64,000 nucleotides of DNA from Candidatus Saccharimonadota bacterium. GTDB taxonomy: Bacteria; Patescibacteriota; Saccharimonadia; Saccharimonadales; Saccharimonadaceae. The notes beneath the pieces were generated by a model. It was not told where the DNA came from. It saw only the letters and a program-made list of their open reading frames with translations, and did not search any database. This document shows positions 1 to 9,641 of this stretch, piece by piece; position 1 is the stretch's first letter; every line of letters starts with the position of its first letter. Position numbers and translations under genes: made by a program. The stretch spans positions 78,084-142,083 of the forward strand of contig JBEPTX010000004.1 in assembly GCA_041691795.1 (NCBI GenBank), given 5' to 3'.

Positions 1-1659
1 GCACCTGTCTATGCCAGCAAATTTACGCTTGGTATGATCCAACGCACGATGGAAGAAGCTACCAGCGGGTTCACACCTGAATACAACGAATTGAATCCAG
101 AATCACACGAACGTGTACAACTTGGTGATAATTTCAGCGTCGAACTCGTCCGCGTGAATCACTCGATTCCTGATGCAACTGCAGTCGTAATCCGTACACC
201 ACTTGGTGTATTGATCGACACAGGTGACTGGCGATTCGAAGAAGAACCAGTTGATGGCAAGAAATTTGACCTGGAACGTATGACCGAAATCGCTACGACC
301 GAAGGTATTTTGATGCTGATGAACGAATCAACCAACTGTGAATCAGACGGTTCACATACTCACGGCGAATTTGATATTCAGCATTCTATGGGTGAAGTAA
401 TGGAAAAATACCCTAATAGTCGTTTGATTATGAGCTGTTTTAGCTCACAAATTCACCGTATGCAGGTGATTTTGGAAGAAGCCAAAAAACACGATCGCAA
501 GGTTGCGTTTGCAGGCTACAGTATGATCCAAAACCTCGAAGTTGCGCTGCGTGCTGGTGTCATCAAGATTCCAAAAGACGTTGTCGTCAAAATGGAAGAC
601 GTCGTCAAACTACCTGACGGCAAAGTGACGATTGTCTGTACCGGTTCACAGGGTGAATTTAACGCTGTTTTGAACCGTATGGCCAGTGGCGCACACAAAT
701 TTATCAAGATCAAAAACAGTGATGTCGTTGTATTTAGTAGTAACCCAATCCCGGGTAATGAAAAATACGTTGTTCGAACCGTTGATGGCCTGATGCGAGA
801 GGGTAGTGATGTCATCCAAAATGGCAAAACTCACCTGACTGGTATTGGTCCACTGCACCTTTCGGGACATGGGTACTACGATGACCACGTCAAACTGGTC
901 CGTGCGCTTAATCCGAAATATTACCTCCCAATTCATGGTGAGTTCCATATGTTGGTTCACAACGCTGAACTGGCCGAAAAAGAAGGTGGTATTCCACGTG
1001 ATAATATCTTTGTTTGTGACAGTGGTGATGTCGTCGAAATTACGGCTGAAGGCGCCAGGAAAAATGGTCGCGTGCCGGTCGGTGGAATCATGTACGATGA
1101 CAGCGGCGCAATCGTTAGCGAAGTTGTGCTAAAAGATCGTATTCACATGGCAACCGAAGGTATGTTTGTGGTCGTTCTGACCGTTCAGCGTGGCAGCGGT
1201 CGCCTGATGACGAGTCCAGATATCATTAGCCGTGGATTTATTTATCTACGTGATAGTGAAGAATTGATGGGGACGATTCGCCAATACTTGAAGCAAAAAG
1301 TTGCTCGCAGTTTTGGTGGCAAGCGCGTAGATCTAGATGTTATGAAAAAGGAACTAAAAGACGAAATTACTCATATTTTGTATGATCAAACACGTCGTAC
1401 GCCAATCGTGATCCCTGTGATCAACGAAATCGGTGGCAGCGGTGGTGGAAATCGTGATAATCGTGATCCACGCGAGAATAATGCGCGTCCAAATCCGAAC
1501 CAGAACCGTCCAGCTCCAGTAGCTCGTCCTACAGACGACGCTCCTCGTCCAACCGACAGTGCTATTCCTGAACTTGCGCCAAAGCAATTCCCGGACAAAC
1601 AAGTACCTGACACCGAAGCCGTCGAGCCAAAAACTCACGTCGATACACGCGGCTACTAA
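1..1659 (+). CDS. rnj: Ribonuclease J (beta-CASP metallo-beta-lactamase RNase), 5' end cut by window edge
   Basis: Frame is open from nt 1 (APVYASKFTLGMIQ...); listed ORF is 34-1659. RNase J-like motifs IDTGDWRF, LHLSGHGYYDDH, IHGEFHML. The last ~90 aa are Pro/Asn/Arg/Asp low complexity. Confidence 0.85.
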   Translation, partial: APVYASKFTLGMIQRTMEEATSGFTPEYNELNPESHERVQLGDNFSVELVRVNHSIPDATAVVIRTPLGVLIDTGDWRFEEEPVDGKKFDLERMTEIATTEGILMLMNESTNCESDGSHTHGEFDIQHSMGEVMEKYPNSRLIMSCFSSQIHRMQVILEEAKKHDRKVAFAGYSMIQNLEVALRAGVIKIPKDVVVKMEDVVKLPDGKVTIVCTGSQGEFNAVLNRMASGAHKFIKIKNSDVVVFSSNPIPGNEKYVVRTVDGLMREGSDVIQNGKTHLTGIGPLHLSGHGYYDDHVKLVRALNPKYYLPIHGEFHMLVHNAELAEKEGGIPRDNIFVCDSGDVVEITAEGARKNGRVPVGGIMYDDSGAIVSEVVLKDRIHMATEGMFVVVLTVQRGSGRLMTSPDIISRGFIYLRDSEELMGTIRQYLKQKVARSFGGKRVDLDVMKKELKDEITHILYDQTRRTPIVIPVINEIGGSGGGNRDNRDPRENNARPNPNQNRPAPVARPTDDAPRPTDSAIPELAPKQFPDKQVPDTEAVEPKTHVDTRGY

Positions 1660-1671
1660 ATAATCTCTATA

Positions 1672-1708
1672 AAAGGAAATCCCGCCGCATATGCCGCGGG
1701 TTCCTTTT
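1672..1708. terminator. Hairpin between convergent rnj and GC-rich ORF
   Basis: Imperfect inverted repeat aaaggaaatcccgc...gcgggttcctttt with flanking A/T runs. Confidence 0.5.
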
Positions 1709-1733
1709 GAAACTCAAGCGGTTATACGGCGGG

Positions 1734-2237
1734 TCAAACGGCTTCGGGCAATCGACCGAAAAGGTTATTGTAGCTGGACCAGTCACCTCTGTGAATGATG
1801 CTGAGGTCGCTCTTGCTGTGAAGCGGACGTGCGATTGAACCCATTCGGCCACCGTTGCCTACAAGAGCGTAGGAGAGTGGCAGCGGGGAGCCCTCTTTGA
1901 TGACAGACTCTTCGTTATATGTCGGACAGACCATCAGGATGGCGCAGCCCTCCATCAAGTCGCTCAGACTAATGAGGTCTGGCTTGCCCCATAGGATCTC
2001 CCGTTCACCTTGGGCTAGACAGCCTTTGGCGTTGACGATAGCCATAATCTCCTGGTACAACCCCTCGATTTGGGCGTTGTCGTACCGGGTGAGCAGGCTA
2101 TCGACGCAGATACAGGATTTACCCTGAATCCGCCGTCGATTGAGCCAGAGAGTGGTGCCACCTGCGAGGGTGACTCCAAGTGCTTCGCTGGTCTCGGTGC
2201 AGTGCAGACTGTCTGCTCGGTCCGTTTGAAATGACAC
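1734..2237 (-). CDS. Hypothetical protein (167 aa), GC-rich accessory gene
   Basis: ORF 1734-2246. The in-frame GTG at 2237 lies 8 nt downstream of GAAAGGAG. Hand counts give about 55% G+C against about 45% in rnj. No motif recognised. Confidence 0.55.
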   Translation of the reverse strand: MSFQTDRADSLHCTETSEALGVTLAGGTTLWLNRRRIQGKSCICVDSLLTRYDNAQIEGLYQEIMAIVNAKGCLAQGEREILWGKPDLISLSDLMEGCAILMVCPTYNEESVIKEGSPLPLSYALVGNGGRMGSIARPLHSKSDLSIIHRGDWSSYNNLFGRLPEAV

Positions 2238-2349
2238 TGCCCTCACTCCTTTCTATTTGTGAAAAGCGGGGGTAGTGAGGCGAGTATACACCTTTGGAAC
2301 AGTGAAGAGAAGTACTTTTTACATAAATATTTAATATTTTTGCTACGGC

Positions 2350-2378
2350 TTGCAAAATGTAGTAAAATTTGCTATAAT
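2350..2378 (+). promoter_or_regulatory. Sigma70-type promoter of ftsK (TTGCAA-N17-TATAAT with TGc extension)
   Basis: TTGCAA at 2350-2355, 17-nt spacer, TGCTATAAT at 2370-2378. A second TATAAT sits at 2398-2403, 10 nt before the ATG. Confidence 0.55.
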
Positions 2379-2413
2379 ATAAAGATAGAAACAGTAGTAT
2401 AATAAAAACAGTT

Positions 2414-4669
2414 ATGGCAAAAAGACGAAAATCAACACGACGCAAATCTACGGCAAATCAGGCTCCTAAGCACAGCCTTCCTGCGGGCTTTTGGCAGCAA
2501 GTCACCGCCGTTGGGCTTATTGCGTTCTCGCTTCTGCTCGTCGTTGCTTGGTTCGGTGTTGGCGGACCAATATTGGATTGGATTCAACAGACAGCACTGA
2601 GTTCTATCGGGTACGCGGTGTATGTTATTCCGGCACTCTTTATCTATGTTGCGGTCGAAATCTTTCGTACCGATGAAAATCGCCTGCCATTTGTAATGAA
2701 ATTTGCAACGGTGATATTAATTGTGTGGTTTGCCGGTATATTTGGCCTGATGCATAACACTACAACTGCCACAACAAGTGGTGGGTATGTCGGAGACACA
2801 GTAAACAGTGGCATGCTAGCGCTTGTTGAACCACCGATCGCTGCCTTTATTTATCTGTTATTCATACTGATGACGGTGTTATTCGTGATTCGTGTTTCGC
2901 CAATTACGATCATCCGCAAGTTGTGGCAATTGGTCCAAACTGATCGATTTGATAACGATGAAAATGTTAAAGTCATGCGCCAAGCAGCCGAAACGGGCGA
3001 AAAGAAATCTGCCCCAATTGGCGATTTCAAGATGAACGCCGGTGTCCCAACCCTCGATCCGAACGAGATTTCGTTTGAGGACAAAAAATCATCCCGTTTA
3101 TCCAGTTTCAAAGGCAGCGTCGGGCGTGACAAAGCGGCCGAAGAACAAGCCGCACTTGTATCTGTCAGTGACCCAAATTGGGTGGCACCTGATGTTGAAC
3201 TACTCGAGAAAAAACAGTCACCAGCCGATGCTGGTGATGTCCAGCAAAATGCCCAAACCATCAAAGATACACTGAGTGAATTTAATATTGATGTCGAGAT
3301 GGAAGGTGCAAATATTGGACCAAAGGTGACACAATATACGCTGAAACCACCAAGTGGGGTCAAATTGACACGTATCACGGCGCTGGAAACGAACATTGCA
3401 CTGAATTTGGCGGCCCAATCGCTGCGTATCGAAGCCCCAATCCCTGGCCAACGTGCCGTTGGTATAGAGGTACCAAACCGCAAAGCGGCCGATGTGCGTC
3501 TGTATGGAATCTTGACCTCGAAACAGTGGAAGAACAATCACGAACCGTTGAGTTTTGCGATTGGTAAGGATATTTCCGGTGAAGCTGTCGTGGGTGAACT
3601 GAACAAAATGCCCCATTTGCTGATCGCTGGTCAGACGGGCAGTGGTAAATCAGTCATGATTAATACACTGCTGACGAGTTTGTTGTACCATAACAGCCCA
3701 TCAGAAATGAAACTGATTTTGGTGGATCCAAAACAAGTCGAAATGGCACCATACGAAGACATTCCGCATCTGTTAACCCCAGTTATTACCGAACCAGAAA
3801 AGACGATCAGTGCCCTAAAATGGGCGGTCAACGAGATGGAGCGGCGCTACCATTTGCTAGCCGAAGAAAAACTGCGCGATATTCATTCGTATAATCAAAA
3901 GATTCAAAAAGGCAGCAAGAAAATTGCCGTCGAAGACGATGATGGGGCAATCCAGCAACACGAAGACGGTGCCATGCCATATATTGTGATTGTGATCGAC
4001 GAGCTGGCCGACCTGATGATGGTTGCGGCCCGCGACGTAGAAGCATTGATCGTTCGTTTAGCCCAAAAAGCCCGTGCGGTCGGTATTCACTTGGTGCTAG
4101 CGACACAGCGTCCATCCGTTGATGTTATTACTGGTCTGATCAAGGCAAATATCCCAGCCCGTATTGCCTTTACGGTAGCGTCACAGGTAGATAGTCGTAC
4201 GATTTTGGACCAAGTGGGTGCCGAGAAACTCCTGGGCCAAGGTGATATGTTGATTCTAACCCCAAGTATGAGCAAGCCAAAACGTATCCAGGGTGCCTGG
4301 GTAATGGACGAAGAAGTTGGCAAAGTGATGGATCATCTGCGCATGCAGTCGGCGCCACAGTACAATGACGAGATCGTCAGCCAGCCGGTTCAGCTGAATG
4401 GCAAGGGTGGCGTGGTGATGGACTTTAGCACGAACACGGGCGACCAGACTTATCAGGAAGCGTTGCAGATCGTGATTGATAGCGGCAAGGCTAGCGCCAG
4501 CCTATTGCAGCGTCGTTTGGGGATTGGCTATGCCAAAGCAGCTCGTTATATCGATACCATGGAAGAACAGGGCATTGTCGGCCAACCTAGTGGCAATAGC
4601 AAACCTCGTGACGTGCTGGTGCGCAGCATGGACGAACTCAACGGCTCTGGCGACCAAGATTTAGGATAA
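2414..4669 (+). CDS. ftsK: DNA translocase FtsK/SpoIIIE
   Basis: N-terminal TM helices, Walker A GQTGSGKSV, Walker B VIVIDELADL, C-terminal winged-helix gamma domain (LLQRRLGIGYAKAARYIDTMEEQGIVG). Confidence 0.95.
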   Translation: MAKRRKSTRRKSTANQAPKHSLPAGFWQQVTAVGLIAFSLLLVVAWFGVGGPILDWIQQTALSSIGYAVYVIPALFIYVAVEIFRTDENRLPFVMKFATVILIVWFAGIFGLMHNTTTATTSGGYVGDTVNSGMLALVEPPIAAFIYLLFILMTVLFVIRVSPITIIRKLWQLVQTDRFDNDENVKVMRQAAETGEKKSAPIGDFKMNAGVPTLDPNEISFEDKKSSRLSSFKGSVGRDKAAEEQAALVSVSDPNWVAPDVELLEKKQSPADAGDVQQNAQTIKDTLSEFNIDVEMEGANIGPKVTQYTLKPPSGVKLTRITALETNIALNLAAQSLRIEAPIPGQRAVGIEVPNRKAADVRLYGILTSKQWKNNHEPLSFAIGKDISGEAVVGELNKMPHLLIAGQTGSGKSVMINTLLTSLLYHNSPSEMKLILVDPKQVEMAPYEDIPHLLTPVITEPEKTISALKWAVNEMERRYHLLAEEKLRDIHSYNQKIQKGSKKIAVEDDDGAIQQHEDGAMPYIVIVIDELADLMMVAARDVEALIVRLAQKARAVGIHLVLATQRPSVDVITGLIKANIPARIAFTVASQVDSRTILDQVGAEKLLGQGDMLILTPSMSKPKRIQGAWVMDEEVGKVMDHLRMQSAPQYNDEIVSQPVQLNGKGGVVMDFSTNTGDQTYQEALQIVIDSGKASASLLQRRLGIGYAKAARYIDTMEEQGIVGQPSGNSKPRDVLVRSMDELNGSGDQDLG

Positions 4670-4821
4670 GTCAAAACTACCCTACTTTGTGAGTCACGGG
4701 GTAGAATGCGACACGGGCCTTTGTCTTTATTAAGAAGGAGCGAGCTAGAATGCATCTAGCGAGCAGTTGAAGTATGTGCTCATAATCGTATGAACTCGTG
4801 CCACCAGAGGATGTAGCAGGA

Positions 4822-6384
4822 CTAGTTGTACGTTTGGAGATAATCGCCGATTTGGTACTTGGTACGGCCTAGTACCCAGCTAAACGGTGAAGTATCGGTG
4901 ACGGACAGGGTGCCGCCAGTGAACGAGAAATTACCACCAGGTGAAATCGATACTTGTTGGCCGCCAATACCACGCAGGCTGTGGTTGCCACTCATCGAGT
5001 AGAGGGTTGAACCATAGTATGAGTAGACCGCAAGGCCTGAGTAATCTGCTGTATCACTACCACTACAACAGCCGCCGCCTACAGTAATGGCCCTTGCAGC
5101 TCCACCAAAGTAATTGTTGACTGGTATAACTGACGAGTTGTAAAGATCTGTTGACGAAAGGGAGTCGCTATAATTATCGTCGTTTGAACGCCCAGCGTTT
5201 GTCGACGAGAAGCTGATAATTGTTAGGGGTGTATTACTACCATTGGCAAATATGCCGTTACTGTTACCCGCTAATGAAACGGTTCCGTTCACAACGATAG
5301 TGGGGCGTCTGGATCCCAGCGAATCTGCCACGGTAATCTTTCCGCCTGAACCCAGTGTGAGATTACCTTGAATGTAAACGTCGCCGTAGATAGTAACATT
5401 ACAAGCACCGAAGTTACCCTGTATGGTTATATTACCGACGATGCGCTGATGGTCAAGCCACTGGGGGCTGGTAGGACCAAACAGGAGACACCCCGTCAGA
5501 GGCGGGATTGGCAATGCAGGAATAATCTGCTTGCTTGTAAACGCTTTTTTGTCGAAATAAGGAAGGCCGTAGTCTGGTGCAATACAACCCGACTGCCAGC
5601 CGGTACCTGTTGGACCAGGGTAGATGTTTGCTGCAGAGGGTTGATTAGTCGCACAGACTGATCCGTAAATACTACCACTACCACCAAAGAAGTAGCTGCC
5701 GCCACTAAATACCAAAGGCGGGTCGTTGCTAGCACATGGTTGTGGCCAGTTTGCCGTTGTGCCACAACCAATATTGGTGGCGGTGACACGAGCTGAATCT
5801 GTCGCTGTACCGATGCTGGTTGCGGATCCATTGAGGTTGATTTTGCCGCGTGAATAGACCATTCCTTTGGTCATTGCAGATGGTTGGCCATACCACGGGA
5901 AGAAACTTCCGGACATGTCTAAACCGGCGGCTCCTGCAATAACGTTTTCTATGACGGGTGTTTCAGTTTCGACAATGAGTGCCTTGACTACCTTGGTCGT
6001 GAAGGGAGTGGCGTCGGTGGTGCGGCGTGACATGTAAGCAGTAGACGAAATTGTAAGGGTTTTGTTGCCATTGTCGGTGACGGTTGTGGTGTATTCCGCC
6101 TTGCCTTGGTCATTGCTACCGTAAAATTGTTTCTTGGTGGTGTAGCCGGTGAAGGTACCGTTGAGATTGAGTTGAGCGAGAGTGTCGCTGACACCGGCTT
6201 CGGCGGTGTATATAGCGTTGGCGGCATCAATATCAGCAGTTGTTTTGGCATATTTGGTCGACGAAATAGAGATAATTGAAATAGAGAGAACGACCATGAC
6301 AATAGAAACGGCCATCACAAGTATTAACAAGTAGCCTTGTTGAGGATTGCGTTTTGAAGTGGTTGTGGGTTGTGTCTTCATCAT
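4822..6384 (-). CDS. PilX-N-like pilus protein (520 aa) with Cys-containing beta-helix-like C-terminal module
   Basis: N-terminus QQGYLLILVMAVSIVMVVLSISII is a PilX_N-type hydrophobic segment with no Glu5. It is the last gene of a prepilin operon. The C-terminal ~370 aa are paralogous to ORF 6837-8657. Confidence 0.6.
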   Translation of the reverse strand: MMKTQPTTTSKRNPQQGYLLILVMAVSIVMVVLSISIISISSTKYAKTTADIDAANAIYTAEAGVSDTLAQLNLNGTFTGYTTKKQFYGSNDQGKAEYTTTVTDNGNKTLTISSTAYMSRRTTDATPFTTKVVKALIVETETPVIENVIAGAAGLDMSGSFFPWYGQPSAMTKGMVYSRGKINLNGSATSIGTATDSARVTATNIGCGTTANWPQPCASNDPPLVFSGGSYFFGGSGSIYGSVCATNQPSAANIYPGPTGTGWQSGCIAPDYGLPYFDKKAFTSKQIIPALPIPPLTGCLLFGPTSPQWLDHQRIVGNITIQGNFGACNVTIYGDVYIQGNLTLGSGGKITVADSLGSRRPTIVVNGTVSLAGNSNGIFANGSNTPLTIISFSSTNAGRSNDDNYSDSLSSTDLYNSSVIPVNNYFGGAARAITVGGGCCSGSDTADYSGLAVYSYYGSTLYSMSGNHSLRGIGGQQVSISPGGNFSFTGGTLSVTDTSPFSWVLGRTKYQIGDYLQTYN

Positions 6385-6390
6385 TTTTAC

Positions 6391-6840
6391 CTATGGGGTT
6401 ATTAATACGTCACTATCTGAGCTACTGCCATTCCACCATGATTTTTTGACGGTGATGGTGTATTTGTCACATTTGGGTGGAACATTGGTGGCGCAGGCAC
6501 TCCCATCGGCACGGGTGGCGGAATACGAGTAGGTAGAAGCGTTACCAAATAGCGTGCCAATTGCTGCTGCATTGACAGTACCGAGGTACGTGACAACCTC
6601 GCTTTGCAGCTGTGGAAAACGGTTTCTATCCTGGAAGTAAACTGTTAATTTGAGTTTGACTTGCTCGGCGGTTGCGACGGCTGAATTCTTTTTGGCGCGA
6701 TTCTGTGAATCTGATAGTCCGATAACTGCTACAGATAACAAAAGCCCCATGATGACAATCACAACCAGAAGCTCCACGACGGTAAAGCCACTATATTTGC
6801 TGATTTTAGGCCTATTGGTGTGCATAAAACTCCCCATCAT
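6391..6840 (-). CDS. Type IV pilin-like protein (prepilin, 149 aa)
   Basis: Class III signal peptide ...KYSG/FTVVELLVVIVIMGLL with Glu5. 4-nt overlap with the upstream gene. Confidence 0.8.
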   Translation of the reverse strand: MMGSFMHTNRPKISKYSGFTVVELLVVIVIMGLLLSVAVIGLSDSQNRAKKNSAVATAEQVKLKLTVYFQDRNRFPQLQSEVVTYLGTVNAAAIGTLFGNASTYSYSATRADGSACATNVPPKCDKYTITVKKSWWNGSSSDSDVLITP

Positions 6841-8657
6841 AGCGATCCATTCAACAGAACGCTAGCTCCTTGATCAATATAGATACTTTGGCCCGCGACT
6901 GCTCCCACGGTTCCGAAGATACTAATGTATGCTTGACCAAAGTAGGCATAAAACGAGCTTCCCGAAGCACTTCCTCCGAGGCTAATAGGTGCACCACCAG
7001 CTCCAGTGTAGGCAAAATTGGTAATCGTTGTTTGCAGGTTTGCGGGTGAAATTGTGTTACATGATGGGCTTGCTGAACAGGCACTATCTGCTGAATAAAA
7101 GCTAATGAAGTATGGCGTTGTTCCGTAGCTATTTGGAATGATCTTGGTAGATGTTCCCATGTGGAACTTGCCATTCACGACAATGATTGGTCGTACGTTG
7201 CCAACAGATTCTGATACTTTTAAATTAACCCAGTTTGCCGATAAGTTACCAGTAAAGTACGCATTACCATTGATCGTTGCATTACAGATAAGGTCCATAG
7301 TGACGTCGCTTGTGTAAGTGTGATTAGGGAGAAGATTAACACTTCCACCAAAGCATGATCCGCTGGCGCCATTTGATGAACCGTTCGTCATACTAGAAGT
7401 GAAGGATGCTTTGTCAAATGAAGGAAGGTCAGCGTCCGGGGGGACACACCCAGAGATGAGGCCTCTTGTTGCTGTTCCGTACGGCTGAATATTTGTCGGG
7501 TCAATCTGATCTTTTGCGCATACATTACCATTGATGTGTGAGAAGGCTGCGCTCAGTGTAATAGGTGGAGAACCACTTCCACATGGCTGGGGGAAGGTTG
7601 CTCCGCCGCCACAGGCAACGTTACCAACGTTGAGATTAACAGGGACACCGTTTCCACTTAGGCCAAATACATACCAAGGTGAATTACCACCTATTGTTGC
7701 AGTAAGGATCATATTGAGCTTACCCTTTACATAGACGTCACCACCTTGAACGAGGCCACTAAACATCGTCAAACCACCTGGCCCTGCCATTAGTCCTGGG
7801 TCACCGAGCCCATTGGTTGGTGGTACGTATGGTGGGTTTATCACGACCGGTGGAACAAAGTTTTGCTGGCTGCGAAACTGCATTCGCATTGAATTGGCCA
7901 GAGATACGGTTTGGGTATCAATAATCTGACCCGATACAAGTTTGATAGTGACGCCGATAGAACGTGCCTGAGGAAAACCGTTGTAGTCAGGAATATCGTT
8001 TCCGGTACTATCCTTGGACGTATAGGGGATTTGATTGCCATTTTTGTCGTAGTAATTAACAACGAATGCTGCTTGGCCTAAACTAGGATCGAGATTATCA
8101 ACAACCTTGATATCTGAACCAATACAACCACCGGTAGTGACACGTGCACATGAAGTTGTTGTGACCGAGTTGACTGGGCCTGGCAGTGCATAAGGTGCCG
8201 CTACAGTTCGTCGGTAGAGAGCACCATTCGAGACATAATAAATAATAGTGTTTTTTGTACCAACAGCGTATGCAGCATTGTCGTAGATGGCATTTCCAGA
8301 ATTATCAACAGGGGTTTCGTTGAGCAAAAGCCTATTTGGACCCATGCGCCAGAAATACTGATCATTTGTATCTACGTCAGGCCCGGGAACATTTTCGTAG
8401 CCCGTTTTGTTCATTGGTGCATCTGGGTCGGGCACGCGGTTGTAGGTAGTGACATTAGATGATAGTCGCACATCGTCGTTGATTCGGTTAAGTGCCGTCT
8501 GCAGATTGGTCGATAAGTTGTTGCGAGCATTAACGATTGGTAATTGACCAAGCACGGTCAGATACAGCCCTGTTGTTGCGACGACCAAAATGCCTGCAAC
8601 CGCCATGGTAACCATGAGCTCTACGATAGTAAAACCATGATTAAATCGATGTATCAT
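6837..8657 (-). CDS. Giant prepilin-like protein (606 aa), minor pilin / tip-adhesin candidate
   Basis: MIHRFNHG/FTIVELMVTMAVAGIL class III signal. C-terminal module shares CG..(W/F)PQPC..PP, VCA, SGC..PD..LP.FDK..FTS with ORF 4822-6384. Confidence 0.7.
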   Translation of the reverse strand: MIHRFNHGFTIVELMVTMAVAGILVVATTGLYLTVLGQLPIVNARNNLSTNLQTALNRINDDVRLSSNVTTYNRVPDPDAPMNKTGYENVPGPDVDTNDQYFWRMGPNRLLLNETPVDNSGNAIYDNAAYAVGTKNTIIYYVSNGALYRRTVAAPYALPGPVNSVTTTSCARVTTGGCIGSDIKVVDNLDPSLGQAAFVVNYYDKNGNQIPYTSKDSTGNDIPDYNGFPQARSIGVTIKLVSGQIIDTQTVSLANSMRMQFRSQQNFVPPVVINPPYVPPTNGLGDPGLMAGPGGLTMFSGLVQGGDVYVKGKLNMILTATIGGNSPWYVFGLSGNGVPVNLNVGNVACGGGATFPQPCGSGSPPITLSAAFSHINGNVCAKDQIDPTNIQPYGTATRGLISGCVPPDADLPSFDKASFTSSMTNGSSNGASGSCFGGSVNLLPNHTYTSDVTMDLICNATINGNAYFTGNLSANWVNLKVSESVGNVRPIIVVNGKFHMGTSTKIIPNSYGTTPYFISFYSADSACSASPSCNTISPANLQTTITNFAYTGAGGAPISLGGSASGSSFYAYFGQAYISIFGTVGAVAGQSIYIDQGASVLLNGSL

Positions 8658-9079
8658 TGAGTAATTCCCCCAAGGCCAATAATGGCAGACTCGTTAACGT
8701 GACGATCAAGTGTGCCGATTTTGTATCCAACAGTGACGTCAACCCGTTTAAAGTCGGGCATAGTAGTCGATTGGCTGACGACAATATTTGCGTATCCGTT
8801 AGGAAGTTCGCTAGGGACATCGTAGGCACGGTCATAGCTGATACCAGCTGTACTAGCGGTAAGGGCGGTGTATTGGCCGTTGCGGGCTTCCTCGATGATC
8901 TGTTTGGCAGTAGTATTTGCGAGGTCAAGGTAGCGCTCATTGCGCTGTGCCTGTTGGGTGAGACCGATCGTATTAACGATTGAAACGGAGATAATCCCAA
9001 ATAGAGCAAGCGCAATAACCATTTCGGTTAGCGTAAACCCTTTAGAATAGCCGCGTGTTGTTGGTTCTACCATAAGCAT
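8654..9079 (-). CDS. Minor pilin-like protein (prepilin, about 141 aa)
   Basis: ...RGYSKG/FTLTEMVIALALFG class III signal. Start moved to ATG 9079 (MLMVEPTT...), since the track ORF begins further upstream at 9142. Confidence 0.7.
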   Translation of the reverse strand: MLMVEPTTRGYSKGFTLTEMVIALALFGIISVSIVNTIGLTQQAQRNERYLDLANTTAKQIIEEARNGQYTALTASTAGISYDRAYDVPSELPNGYANIVVSQSTTMPDFKRVDVTVGYKIGTLDRHVNESAIIGLGGITQ

Positions 9080-9195
9080 GATATACCTTTCAATCATACC
9101 CCCGCATGGCCAAACCCGCAACGCTATCGCTATAAGTGACATTCTGACTAGCTTTTCCCACAGGAATACGGTATAATCAAAGGGTTATCAACTCG

Positions 9196-9228
9196 GCTCA
9201 TTCTTTGAAATGAGCATCCATAATGGAT
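9196..9228 (+). promoter_or_regulatory. Two adjacent hairpins in the rpsF 5' leader (possible S6:S18 autoregulatory element)
   Basis: gctcatt-ctttga-aatgagc (9196-9215) and atcca-taa-tggat (9216-9228), immediately before SD GAGGAGGA. TATAAT at 9172-9177. Confidence 0.25.
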
Positions 9229-9245
9229 TCCAGAGGAGGAAATCT

Positions 9246-9638
9246 ATGAAAGAATACGAACTAACCGTTCTGATTCACCCTGATCTCGAAACAGATCTCG
9301 AAACACCGCTGACGAAAGTTCGCAAAATTATCAAAGCCGCTGGTGGCGAAATCGCTATCGAGGACAACTGGGGCAAGAAAAAGCTGGCCTACAAAATCAA
9401 CAAAGAAGACTTTGCTGTCTATGTCTACATGGACGTCAAACTTCCAGCCGAAGCACCCCTGAAAATCAGCAATACACTGAACATCACCGACGAAGTTCTG
9501 CGTTATCTGTTGGTATCTGTTGACGAAAAAGGTCGTAGACTGATCGCTGAAGACAAGAAACGTGCATCGACTCGTGGTGACGACGATCGCGATTCACGCG
9601 ATTCACGCGACTCTAGAGACACTAAAGAAGAGGAGTAG
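9246..9638 (+). CDS. rpsF: 30S ribosomal protein S6
   Basis: MKEYELTVLIHPDLE... with SD GAGGAGGA upstream. C-terminal DDDRDSRDSRDSRD acidic repeat. Confidence 0.9.
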   Translation: MKEYELTVLIHPDLETDLETPLTKVRKIIKAAGGEIAIEDNWGKKKLAYKINKEDFAVYVYMDVKLPAEAPLKISNTLNITDEVLRYLLVSVDEKGRRLIAEDKKRASTRGDDDRDSRDSRDSRDTKEEE

Positions 9639-9641
9639 ACC

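Noticed and set aside
2119-2445. 108-aa minus-strand ORF across the ftsK promoter
   Set aside because: It runs through the AT-rich promoter region and the start of ftsK and overlaps the better-supported ORF 1734-2237. It is likely spurious.
4822-8657. Diversity-generating retroelement targeting the paralogous pilin C-terminal modules
   Set aside because: There is no reverse transcriptase gene and no near-identical template/variable DNA repeat pair. The two modules are diverged paralogs at the protein level only.
9588-9615. Short 9-nt tandem repeat (cgcgattca x2 plus a variant)
   Set aside because: It is in frame within rpsF and encodes the DSRDSRDSR acidic tail. This is a low-complexity coding repeat, not a CRISPR or regulatory array.
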